From NCBI GenBank assembly GCA_051453625.1, contig JBOZIK010000001.1, forward strand, positions 1,369,884 to 1,400,501: a stretch of 30,618 bases of DNA, read 5' to 3'. This document shows positions 1 to 11,324 of this stretch, piece after piece. A program made the position numbers and the translations under genes. This DNA comes from Welwitschia mirabilis. Lineage: Eukaryota. Below the pieces are notes generated by a model. That model ran no database searches, was not told the origin of the DNA, and saw only the letters and a program-made list of their open reading frames with translations. Numbering within the stretch: position 1 is the first letter of the stretch; every line of letters begins with the position of its first letter.

Positions 1-116
1 TATAATTATTTAGGGTTATGTTACCTATTCCAACTTAACATCATATGCATTGATTAGTATAATTAGAAAATTACTATCAATACTAATTAATCTGAATAAT
101 CCAATGAATGTAAGTC

Positions 117-120
<4 letters not shown>

Positions 121-150
<30 letters not shown>
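121..150. repeat. (TATG)n microsatellite, 7.5 units
   Basis: tatg x7 plus ta read directly at 121-150. Confidence 0.95.
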
Positions 151-151
<1 letters not shown>

Positions 152-694
152 TAACTTTTCTATTATAACTAATCAAGGTATATTTGTATTTATGTACATG
201 CTGATTACTTCTTACATTATTTAAATCCATATTATACCTTAATCTAGCTAATTAAAATTTCTTAAATAATCTATAACTACAATTATTACTTGTCCTTATA
301 TGTAACTTAATGATAAAAATCTATCTTATTGTATTTTTAATTCCATTTATTATATTTTTAATTCCATCTTCCATTTAAGGATCACTGCTTGGTCTAATGT
401 ATATAAGCGAAGTAGCCCTCTCCTTTAACTTATTATTAGTTTATGTGCTTTGTTATGAATAATACATATTGTTTAAGCACTTCAAACTTTATTAATCATT
501 TAGAATGGCCTCATAATATACACGTAATGGACACACTCCTTGAATATAATGTTTGGGAAAATAACTTATCCCTTTCCTTCACTCAAAAATGATCTACTTC
601 TTATAAATGTATTTATTTGAATAATACACATATATTTTATGCATATGATGTATGGTGTCGAATTAGTACATATTAAAATTTTTATTTTTTAAAA

Positions 695-770
695 TGAAAG
701 CTTGGAGGAGATTTAAACCTGTGATCTCTTAATGTCCAACTCTACGACTTAACCATTTGAACATAGCTAT
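695..770 (-). mobile_element. Degenerate tRNA-derived SINE-like head or tRNA pseudogene
   Basis: Minus strand reads tagctatgttcaaatggttaag...agagatcacaggtttaaatctcc. This gives an A-box-like and a B-box-like (GGTTCRAATC) motif at tRNA-like spacing, followed by an A-rich run. No full cloverleaf was verified. Confidence 0.4.
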
Positions 771-1239
771 TTCTTTTAACTATATTAAAAGTCATGTTCT
801 ATTAAAATAATTATTTTTACTCTGCGTTTTCAAGAGAATTCATATTAAGGTCTGTGTCTTTAAAACTTCATTTCCCTCCTTATGAATTTTCAAAGAGAGT
901 ATTGCATAATGGGAACTTATCCACCATGCTAGGTCCTTGTAATAGAGGGTCTTCTCCCTTCTTGCCATGCATTCACTTTTACTCTTCCCCAACTTCCATG
1001 CTCTTCAATCTTTAAGCTTCAACTCAAATGTTGCCTACCTTTACAACATTTCTCTTATGATGTCTCGATGTCTCATCGCTTCAGCTTATTTGTAAGTCCT
1101 ATGTTTTGTAGGATTGAGTCATTATACGATGTTCCATGACATTCCTCTGCATTTCCACTACGTTTCTTAGGTTCTAACATACTTTACAGAGGACTTGCAA
1201 AGAAAAGCTACTACTCTTCAGTTTAGAATTACAGGTATT

Positions 1240-1830
1240 TTGCATTAAAGATCTTCATTATTACAAGGAAGTGATGTGTTTTCTTTTAATATTAAGATCT
1301 TCAAAGCAAAATTGAAAAAGAAAACTAGTAACAAGATTAAGGGTTTCCATTCTAATAATGGTTAAGAATATAGGTTGGCTAAATTCAAGGACTTTCTTGA
1401 TTCAAAAGACATTTGTCATCTAAATATATGTCTAGAAATGCCTCAATAGAAAGGCATTACTAAAGGGTTTAATAGGACCATCATGGGTATGACATATTTA
1501 ATGACGTACCTTAAGGTATGTAATTCCTACGTATGGGGTGAAGTTATTAGTATCATGATCTATCTCAACAATCATACTAGTCATGCTTTTGAAAAGGGTA
1601 TTTTTCCTACTAAAAAAAATGAAATGGATACAAGCTTACTCTGAACCATTTTTGTGTGTTTGAATGTAAGTTATATGTCCATATTCCTATCAAACATCAT
1701 GGCAACCTTGATGCACATGCTCATGTTAACATTTTGATGGGATATTCGATTAGCCACAAAGGATATTACATGTACATTCTTGAGCATAGTAAGATAACTG
1801 TTTCACATGATTTGTTTTTTTTTAAAGCCT
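1240..1830 (+). pseudogene. Ty1/copia integrase core plus C-terminal SH3-like domain, degenerate
   Basis: Manual translation gives KIKGFHSNNG*EY (consensus KIKxLRSDNGGEY), MPQ*KGITKGFNRTIM (TPQQNGVAERxNRTL), WGEVISIMIYL (WAEAVxTAxYL). ORF 1656-1916 gives FECKLYVHIP..LDAHA..ILMGYS..KGY (FGCxAYVHIP..KLD..FxGYS..KGY). Stops and frameshifts are present. Confidence 0.9.
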
Positions 1831-2075
1831 CACAGAACATCTCATCTTCATCTCTCCAGGCTACATCCTTCCTCTTATTCTATGCAAATTTTGAATGCTT
1901 AATGTCTTATGGTTGATGAGATAAATGTATCCATTAGTTAAAATTTCTTAGTTCCTTTTAGCCAAAAGGATTTATTCGTAATACAACTTAAGAAGTTGAG
2001 ATTCTTTGTATGCCTAGCACATATAAGCATAGTTCTACTAGTAACTCATTAGATTATCCTAGTGAAAATGCTAAT

Positions 2076-2556
2076 TGTATCTAGAGATGAAAAAAAAAAC
2101 TTTCTCAAAGTCTAATAAGATAGTATGTTACCAAAGTAAGTTAATAAAAATAGTACAAGATTGTAAAGATACATCTTATATTACTATTATTCTAATTTAA
2201 TGTTATAAATTAAGATTAGTCTTTGGTAATTTCTTTACATTTTTTTTTTAAAAATTAAAATATAAGATAATACTTATAAGTAATTAAATGACAAGATTTG
2301 GGATTTTTAAGATTTATTTTAGTTATAATTGTAACCTTACTTTAATGAATTTAATTTTTTTATAAATTATAATAATAGGTAGATATCATTTTGATGTTTA
2401 GCAATAGAGGCTTTCCTTCTTCCCTGAATGTTTTTCTCTAGGGTTTTATCACCTAAAGTTATGCATTTTTTTATTCTTATTATTTTCATTGTTTTTTCTT
2501 TTATAATTTTATTATTGTACATAAAATTTGGTTTTCATAATAATTGGTATAAGGAC
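2076..2556 (+). mobile_element. Probable degenerate LTR inserted in the copia INT-RT spacer, with a weak PBS-like TGGTAT at 2545
   Basis: Starts with TG at 2076, where the Ser-rich spacer stops. Has a U5-like motif tgtttttctctagggttttatcacctaaa (~2428-2457), a T-rich 3' end, then tggtat (only the first 6 nt match the tRNA-iMet PBS TGGTATCAGAGC cleanly). No partner LTR or TSD is visible. Confidence 0.35.
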
Positions 2557-3522
2557 ACTAGGATTTTAATTCTTAATTTTTAACAATTACTTAAACCAAA
2601 TACTTATTATATCCAGGAATCCAAAAGAATCTATTACATAAGAGAGACATTCATCTCATGAAATACAAAACTTGATTTAACAAATTATCAAGAGTTACAA
2701 GATGCAATAAAAGATCAAACAAACTTTTTATAGTAATATTAATTTTTTACCCTAAACTATCAATCAAAAGATGATTAATAAAAACACTTTATTCATCCTC
2801 AAGAGCTCTTAACCCACATAATCTACATGTGCACTCTTCTTTAGGTAGGTTAATCCATCTACCACTTTATATCCTAAGGTGATGTAAAATTAAATAAAGC
2901 TTATTGATTAAGTTACAAATCCCTTAGTAGTGAGATAGTAGACTTTGAAATCTAATTTATTACGTTTGAAATTATCAAGGTAAAATTTTTTCTTGTCTTT
3001 GACATTTGCCTATACTTTTATTAGCACTTGCTTATTCAACAACTTGTAAATATTTTAGAGTTTTCTTTAGCTCTACCTTAATAGTATTTCATTTCTTTAT
3101 CTCTTGTATCTCCTAGTACTACCATTCTTATTCTTTTTTATCTTCAAGAATTACAACTAAAACTTTGATTTGATCTGATTCTACCAATTATAGGTTATAA
3201 GTAATGAATAACATATTGCTTTAACCTCTATGGATAATATGTCATACACTCAAATAAAAATATGAAATAAGTTATTTGTACCTTCACCTTTAACTCATTA
3301 AGAAAAAATATTTTTTAAACTCTTTCAATATCTTCCTAAGTTTATTCACTTAGGCTTGGTCCTCATTTAGGAAATCCATATAAAATAGTAAGGTATACAA
3401 TAGTTTAAAAGATTTTTTTAGCTTAGGCATAAACAAGAATGTAGTATAGAGGTCTAAAGAAGATACCTTTAGGATGTTTCACCTTGTTTTACTCATCTTG
3501 CATAGAAATTGATATAAATCTG

Positions 3523-3622
3523 NNNNNNNNNNNNNNNNNNNNNNNNNNNNNNNNNNNNNNNNNNNNNNNNNNNNNNNNNNNNNNNNNNNNNNNNNNNNNN
3601 NNNNNNNNNNNNNNNNNNNNNN
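3523..3622. other. Assembly gap (100 N, true size unknown)
   Basis: Exactly 100 n characters. Confidence 0.99.
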
Positions 3623-3719
3623 CTATAAGATGTTCATGATGATGAAATGGAAAAAAATGAAACTAGGTAGAGCTCTCATGAATCTCTTAATGATGATGAT
3701 AAGATTCATCTCACATTTA

Positions 3720-5240
3720 AGGATGAACCAAGATCCTTCAAAGATGTTATTTTGCATGATCACTAGGTACAAGCCATGAAAGAATACTATAATTTACTTG
3801 TGGAAAATGATACATGGGAGTTAGTTAATCTTTTATTAAGTTACATGACATTACTTAACAAATGGATTTTCTACAATATGTATAAAGTAGATAATACACT
3901 TAAATGTCATAAAGCTCAATTTGTTGTTGTATGCCTACATCAAAGAAAAGACTTAAACTATAAGGAATTTTTTGCACTAATATCTAAATGGTCTACCATT
4001 AGAGCTTTAATTGCTTTAGTAGCGTAAAATGATTGGAAGATTCACCAATTAGACATTAAGACTACCTTTCCTAGTGAAAATCTCAAAGAAGAAATATAAT
4101 GATGTGATTAAAGGGTTTTTAAGTGAAGGATAAGGAACAAAAAATGTGTAGAATAATTAAGTCACTGTATAGGTTAAAATAAGCATTAAGATCATGGTAT
4201 ACTAAATTGACTAGTTACTTGAGTTCCATTGGATTTAAACTATGTGACTATTAGGATATAAATGCACACCCTTCATCAAATCTGATAGAAAAATTTGTAC
4301 ATATATAGTGATTTATGTAGATAACATGTTATTGACTGATAGAAATGAAGTGGATATTAATCATATAAAGATTGCTTTAGGTGAGGAATTTAGAATTTTT
4401 GATATGGAATTAACTAGATTTTACCTTAGAGTAAAAATTGAGCAAAAATAGAATGAAATATTTCTAACTTAATTGAAGTATATTAGAGACCTAATTTATA
4501 TATTTATGTTGGAAAATGTTAAAGAAGTTGATACACCTTTGGAATGAAATTAAAAAATTAATGCTGATGAACACTTAAAATTAGGAAATAAAATCAAATA
4601 CAAAAGAATAATTAGTAATCTTATTATGTTATCAACACTAGATGTGATATCTCATATATGGTTAGTGTTTTGTCTAAGTATCTTTATGTGCTAAAGGTTA
4701 GTCATCTTAATGCTATTATGAGACTACAAGGTGCTTGAAGAAGATAAAAGACTTAGGTCCTACATATAAGAGAAACTCTTAATTTGTCCTAAAAGCATAA
4801 TCTAACTCAAACATTTCTAGAAACTTAGAAATTTACTTGTCAACATCAAGATATGTCCTATTTTTAGGAGCGTCGCCTTTATCTTTATGATCTAAACATC
4901 ACAAAGTGATAACTCAATCCCCTATAGAACTGGAATATATAGTTTCATTGAAAGCCTATAGAGAAATTGAATGATTGAAAAAACTTCTAAAATTAATGAA
5001 ATTAAAGTAGATAGAAGCAATTGATATCTTCACCTATAACTAATCTACTATATGCATAGTGAAAAATCTAGTGCATCATGATAGGATAAAACACTTTTAT
5101 GGTGGAGTTCATAAAATTAGGGGACTTATATAGTAAGAAATAATTTTATCAGAATATTATCTACCAAAAAATAAAATACTAATATGTTTACTAAATCGCT
5201 TAATCGAAAAAGCTCTGTTACTTTTAATTTAAAATAGGAT
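3720..5240 (+). pseudogene. Ty1/copia reverse transcriptase plus RNase H, degenerate
   Basis: DEPRSFKD..*VQAMKEYYNLLVENDTWELV; HKAQFV; WKIHQLDIKTTF; KSLYRLK*ALRSWY; YIVIYVDNML (YVDD, ~4302-4331); SNSNISRNLE..STSRY (SDSDxAG..STSGY); SPIELEY (SSxEAEY); HDRIKH; TNMFTKSL (ADxFTKxL). INT-RT-RH order is copia-type. PPT-like tracts follow at ~5276 and ~5485 (aaggagggaa). Confidence 0.95.
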
Positions 5241-6007
5241 TGATCATGGATGTGTAGTATGAATTTTCCTAATGCTAAGAAATGTGTAATATAATTTTTC
5301 TTATCATTATAGGGTGTTTAATGCATAAATTATATTTGTATGAGATGTGTAACAAAGTTTGACTACTTCTCTTTGAAGTAGTTCCTTCACACAGTAACTC
5401 CTTTTAAAAGGTTTTATTATATGTTGCATTTCTACTTTTCTTTAAAACCTATAGTTTCCTTAGAAAAGAGTGTATTCCCATGTTAAGGAGGGAATATTTG
5501 GGGAACTAATGAATCATACCATGTTACTACACTTAGATAAAATAAAAACCCTAATAAAAACCTAGTTGGGTATGTTTGCCCATAAAATCAAGCTCTACCG
5601 TTTGAACAACATGAGAAAAATAAAGATATTATTTTTGAAATGTTGTTTTAGGGTTTTTTTTTTTTTTTTTTTAAGAGGCCTTTTTTATCATTTTTAACTT
5701 TTGCTTACTTGCTTTCTTTAATTTTAGCATTTTATAATAAAGCATTTGTTGCTCTTATAAGATGGTTATGCTTCTTTCCTTCTTATACTTTTTCAAAATT
5801 AGATGAATCATTATGATGTTGGTTCAAATCATAGCTTGATGTTTTTATTACCAAATCTTAGTTAATAAAACAAATGAATTTATTTCACTTTGTTAATGAC
5901 TATAACCACTTATCATAACGTTTAAAATTTTATTAACAAATTTTTCTTCTGCTATTAGTTTTTATTTTGGGATAAAACCATCTTCTTCTAAACTTAGGGC
6001 TTCATTG

Positions 6008-6046
6008 GATTCATCTTTAACATCCTATAGATTCATCTTTAACATC
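6008..6046. repeat. Short direct duplication (gattcatctttaacatc x2, period 22)
   Basis: Identical 17-mers at 6008-6024 and 6030-6046. Confidence 0.9.
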
Positions 6047-6469
6047 TTGGACCTTTAACATTTGCCTCTGTTTTACTTATAATTTCTTAGGATTAAAACC
6101 ATTAGCTCTTAAACCATACTAAAAATTGGAGTATGAAAGCACTCTAAGTTGAAAATTGAGGTTCAAAGTGCTTTGATGCCATGTTATGATTTTCATGTAG
6201 AAGCTTTTAATATCATGCATGTGATTTGGGGTAGACATGCTCTAATCCTAGGTTTAATAATTAAATATAGAAATTTTTATGCTATTTTGTAAATAGTAAA
6301 AATGAGAAGCAAATGAATCAAAATTTCTAATGTTCTATAACTAATAATGAAAAATCATTATAAATAATATTTCAACCATGTAGTTAGAAAGGTGATTCAT
6401 CCATGAACCACCTACCTAACTCTTAAACTCAGGCATATGTGACTTAAGTGTTTTGTCACAGTTCTTTTA

Positions 6470-7100
6470 ACTTTAAATATGTTTTTAATTCTTGATTGAT
6501 TAATTACGTATTTTAAAATGAATGCTCTTTGTCTTTATAACATTTTTCTAGTAGGAAGGATTGCATCTTTTAAACATGACGCTTATGTCTTCTAGACATG
6601 AAATGAAACATATCATTTCATGTCTTATAATGAAGTTAACAATTGTTTTTTAAGTTAATTATGTTAACTTGCTTAAAAAAATCTAGATGCAAAAAGGGGA
6701 TTTAAAAAGCTTGAAAGTCTTTTCAAAAAGAACATGCTCCATGATTAGTTAAAAATTATCATTAAATATAGAAATATAATCCTGTTCATTTTAAACAACT
6801 TTAAAATAGAAGACAAGACACTCAAAAGAATCATCAACATTATAGAGAGGACATTATGGAGAATTAAATCCTAGATGTTATAAATAATTATCAATGGACT
6901 ACTATAGTAAAGTAATCCCAGGATTAGTAATTGATCTAATTACCATTTTACAAAATTATCTTTTATGATTATCCATAACATTTTCAAAAATTCTCATAAT
7001 ATAAAAAAAGGAAGAACTATGTGAAGATAAGAAGAGGACATGTAAGAGGATACATAATCCCTAAGGATAAAAAGCTTTAGATAGAATAACTTCATCGGTT
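6470..7100 (+). pseudogene. PIF/Harbinger (DDE_Tnp_4, HARBI1-like) transposase remnant, C-terminal half
   Basis: Ordered motifs: TLNMFLILD (SLNxQxxxD, 6470); GRIASFKHDAYVF (GxxGSxHDxxVF, HD at 6575); P*LVKNY (PWLxxPY, 6739); IIERT/YGELNPRC (IERxFGxLKxRF, ~6839); ILQNYL (ILHNxL, 6945). Frameshifted; no TIRs found. Confidence 0.7.
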
Positions 7101-8879
7101 CTATATCCTAGTTACAATTCCATGATTTCTTCTAAACATAATGTAACTAGTCATAGTTTTGTAAGATACTATACTACTTTCTTGTAATTAATGCATAATC
7201 AAATTCTATGTATTATTCATTACAAATCCTAAATTATTTATTAAATCATTAATTTATATTATAATCATTAAAAAAAGTTTTTTGAGCATTTCCTAAATGA
7301 CTGAAAAACCCTTGATAAAAAAAAGTTTAAATATGATTACAATAAATATCTAAATATTTTATGAACATATTTAATTTGACTAAGTAAATTGTCTACCTTA
7401 AAAGCCATAAAATAATATCATAGAGCATGGAATGAAAATATAGGCTCAAAATAAAATGAAAAATAAGTACATTACGATAGTAAATCACAAAGAGAAGGAT
7501 ACATGGTGATGAAGCGATGTAATCCCTAATGAATGTAACTGGTAGAACCATCTAAACAATGAACTATAAAAAGATAAATATGAGGCACAGGAAAGTGTGT
7601 ATCATGAAATCCTTCTCAATATGAAAGAACTACCATGAGGGAGCAAATAAAGAGTGCATCACTAGAATCTAGTAAAAGGTAGAGTCAATAATCTAAAGAT
7701 GCCTACATAATGTACATATCCTCATCAATTAAGAAGGATTTTGAAGATTATAATAAGAGTCCTAACTTATTCCCATGATAGAAATTAGCATCATGGAAAT
7801 TCAACTTTTAATCTTAGAGATTTAATCAAAAAGTTAAATTAAATATTTTACAAAAGCAAATAAAAAATGAAAGGACATTGATAAACACATTAAGGGTTTA
7901 ATAATGATCACTATAGAGTTTTAATGAAACCAAGAAGATTCACATGGATTTAGGGGAAAAAATTAAACAAAAAGATCCCAAATTATCTTATGGTTTCTAC
8001 CCATAGAACTATCAAATGAGATAGATATAGCCAAAACATAAAATATAATGAAGCATTATTGTAATTCTTTAAGAGATATGTTTCCACATGAAATTCCACT
8101 TTATAACTTATAAAGCATTTACATAATGTAAAAATATTTTTGTTCTGTTTTTAAAATAAATATAGTAAGCTCACAATATATTTCCATAATGGTTCTTTAG
8201 AATCTATAGATACAGCAGCATGACATAAAAGTAAAATATTTTACAAGTTTAAAAATCAAAATATAAACTAGTGCATATTAAATACATGCATATGCATTAA
8301 TGTTATCAAAAAACAAAGTTTATAAAATCAAATCCTAAGTATAAAAATGTTTTACCCTATAGTTTTAAGTATCTGTAAGAAATCCTTAGTGATTTTAAAG
8401 CATTATACATCCTTATCTGTAGAACATTTCTATAGAATTTTTATAAGTTTGTCTTACTATTTCTATAATAGATTTTATATTTGTGTTAGATTATTCATTA
8501 TGGCTTATATGATGTATCACCTTCATATTTATCTAAATAAAAATAAATAAAGCAACACTAATTATAATCTAAGCACAACCACAGACCATATTAATATGAG
8601 ATAAAATTGTGGCCCAAATTATATTAATTTCATCATTTAACTTTATAAATTCAAATATGACATTGATATCATTACTAGATTTAGATTCAAATTACAAGAA
8701 TGGTCTATAATGGTATGTGAAGTGTGAGAAACCCAAATAGCTTAAACACTACATTCACCATCACTAATCCACATATCAAAATGAAACTATTACAATATGT
8801 GAATATGGTTGACTATCCATATTTGTTATAAATAGTAAGTTCTTCCATATTTTTTCTAATCATTATAAAAAAGTTCTAA

Positions 8880-10900
8880 TAGAAATTTAAAAGGATGTAA
8901 AGGATTAGCCTTACATCTAGGAAGATGTTAAGTACATGTTCACATGAAGAAAAGAACTAAAGTGGAACTAGGTTAAAAGCAATAAAAATATTTTAATATG
9001 GAATCTATCTAAGAATTTCCACATGCTTGTAGAAGTTATTCTCATAGGAGACCCTCTTTAAAAAATAAAATAATAGTTACTTATTAGTTTAAATTATATA
9101 TTTTTTCCCATTTATCTTTGACTGAAAATAGAAGGATTTTGATATTAATTATTCCTACATAAAACCTAGTTATTAAGATAGAAACTTTAGTAATAATGGA
9201 ACTAGATAAAATTGATTACTCTTACTCTTCTTCTATATTATAGCTTCTTTGTCAAATGATGGAGAAAACCACTAGTAAAGAATGGATAGTAATGATTAAT
9301 CTTTATAGTGGAAATAACTCAACTTAATAAGTTTAAAAGACTCACGTAAACATCTTAGACCTAGAATTAGATAAAAATTAAATGAGCTAGACATTGGTTT
9401 TAGATAACTAGAACCGATGATTTTAGATAACTAGAACCTAGATATGCATGAATAGCCAAAACAAAATTGATTTAGATAGATAATAAAAGATAGAAGTTAA
9501 AATATAAAGAGATAGATGAAGAACCTATCATTTTTATCAAAAAGAGAAAGAAAATATATAGATTTCATTAAATAAGTACAAAATGGAAGAGTAGAAGTAG
9601 GAATCAAAGAAAACACAACCTTTTTTTACATATCTATAAGACATTTCTCTAAAATCTATAGAAACCAACTTATTTTTTAAAAAGATCATCCTAGTTTATC
9701 CTAGCATAAATTTCAATAAATAGAAAGGAGAATTAATGAAACATGCCAAGAGATACTTTTATAAAAATGACTAAAATTTTGAAATAAGCATGTTAATGAA
9801 AGAATAAGAGAGATAAGTGACGATAAATTTGTAATTAATAATCACTTTTTAAATGAATTAACCAAAAATAATATATATTATCTACTATGTTATATGGACA
9901 TACTAAACAAAACTTAATAATCTTAAGGAATAAGAAGGAATAGATCTTATCTCAAGACTAATAGAAAAACCATAGTTAAAAATAATAGTAACAAAAAGAA
10001 TTAGAACTACTAACATGAAAATTAGAAAAAATAAAGCATGAATCAATACAATTATAGAAGGTAAATCAATAAGTTATAGTAGAACTAAGTAAATGAATTC
10101 AGAAGTTAAAAGAAACAAATTAAAAAAATGTGTAAGTAAAAAACATATGTAACCTAGTAGTTTTCAATTGCTGACTAAATTTCTTAGAGAAGTAATATTC
10201 AACTACAATATTTTCTCTTATGATAAACCCTAAAAAAATAAATTAGAGGCAAGAATTTAAGCTAAGGAAAAATATATAATCTTTTAAAAATTGGAAGAAA
10301 TAAAAAACTTTTAATAGAATATAAACAAAAGTGAATGAAATTAATTATAAAGATTATTTTAAGCTAGTTTTCCAATTTAATGAGTGGTTAAATTAAGATC
10401 TTCATAAAGATGTAATCATTATCACAAATCTTAATTCCTTTGAAGCTAAACCAAATTTTGAAGGTCTTAAAAGTAGTAATGGAAAAATTATTTACTACAT
10501 ATATAGGAAGAGTTTAATATCTTCTTGTTATCTATTTTGTATTTTCATATGTATAAAGTTCAAAAATTAGAGTTAAATTTATTGTATACAATAAATATTT
10601 TTAATGAAAAAAATAAAGGAATTTGTCTGTGTTATGTGCTTCTTTAATTAACTAGAAATCATAAATTAGATGAGAAAAACATAGAAGGCTAAACTTAAAA
10701 AAATTTAATCACAAAATAAATGAATAAGATGATCATTTAAAAAGAATTATTTAGACTTGAGTTTCTCTAGTAGGAACATTTTCATTTTAAAAATACAATT
10801 TTATTAAATATAAATAAAAATTTTAAATAGGATTTAAAAAAGATCTAGATATTCCAAAATATAATTAAATCACTTAAGTAAATGACTCATTTTTAACATT
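8880..10900 (+). mobile_element. Possible endogenous caulimovirid (pararetrovirus) relic: movement-protein-like, coat-protein-like and protease-like remnants
   Basis: LHLGRC*VHVH (8911) and IGDP/KNKIIVTY..LSLTE..ILILII resemble a 30K movement-protein core. IERRINETCQEILL*K*LK (~9720) and a broken knuckle YGHTKQN (GH at 9896) resemble a coat-protein C-terminus. ELFRLEFL (10744) resembles the protease xxGxxFL motif. Each motif alone is weak, and no RT was seen. Confidence 0.35.
9398..9438. repeat. Short direct duplication (ttttagataactagaacc x2, period 23)
   Basis: Identical 18-mers at 9398-9415 and 9421-9438. Confidence 0.9.
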
Positions 10901-11324
10901 ACAACACAATCCATGATGAATCAAATTCCATATGTAAATATAAAATTTTGAAAATATTGAAAATTTCTAAATATTTTTAGGAATGAAGGTAGAATGAGGG
11001 AGTCTATCATCTTCTTTATGTATAATTCAAAGTCAACTTCTTGTAGCAACTTAACTTCCAATTATAAAAACATTTTAAAATAAATTTATCTATTTTCCCA
11101 ACAAATTGGACATAACACTTCATGTGAAACTTGTTGCATACTATACAACATTTAGAGCATGAAAGTTAATGTAGCAATATTCAAGATCTCATAATTGAAA
11201 GTTTCCTAGAGTGCTATTGTTGTGGTGTACAATTTCGCAATGTTTCATCCTTTATCAAATCCTAGTAATCACAAATATATATGTTGAAATTATGACATAC
11301 TAGTATAGATGGAAATGACCCAAA

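Noticed and set aside
332..367. tatttttaattccat repeated twice (period 21)
   Set aside because: Trivial AT-rich micro-duplication with no further structure.
2900..3520. Possible minus-strand gag remnant (KQGETS*RYL)
   Set aside because: Only one short motif, with no convincing knuckle or second motif.
6136..6174. Inverted repeat aaagcact...agtgcttt
   Set aside because: 8-bp arms are expected by chance in 30 kb of AT-rich DNA, and there is no TSD.
8347..8550. 67-aa plus-strand ORF
   Set aside because: Low-complexity F/Y/I/L-rich translation typical of chance ORFs in AT-rich DNA.
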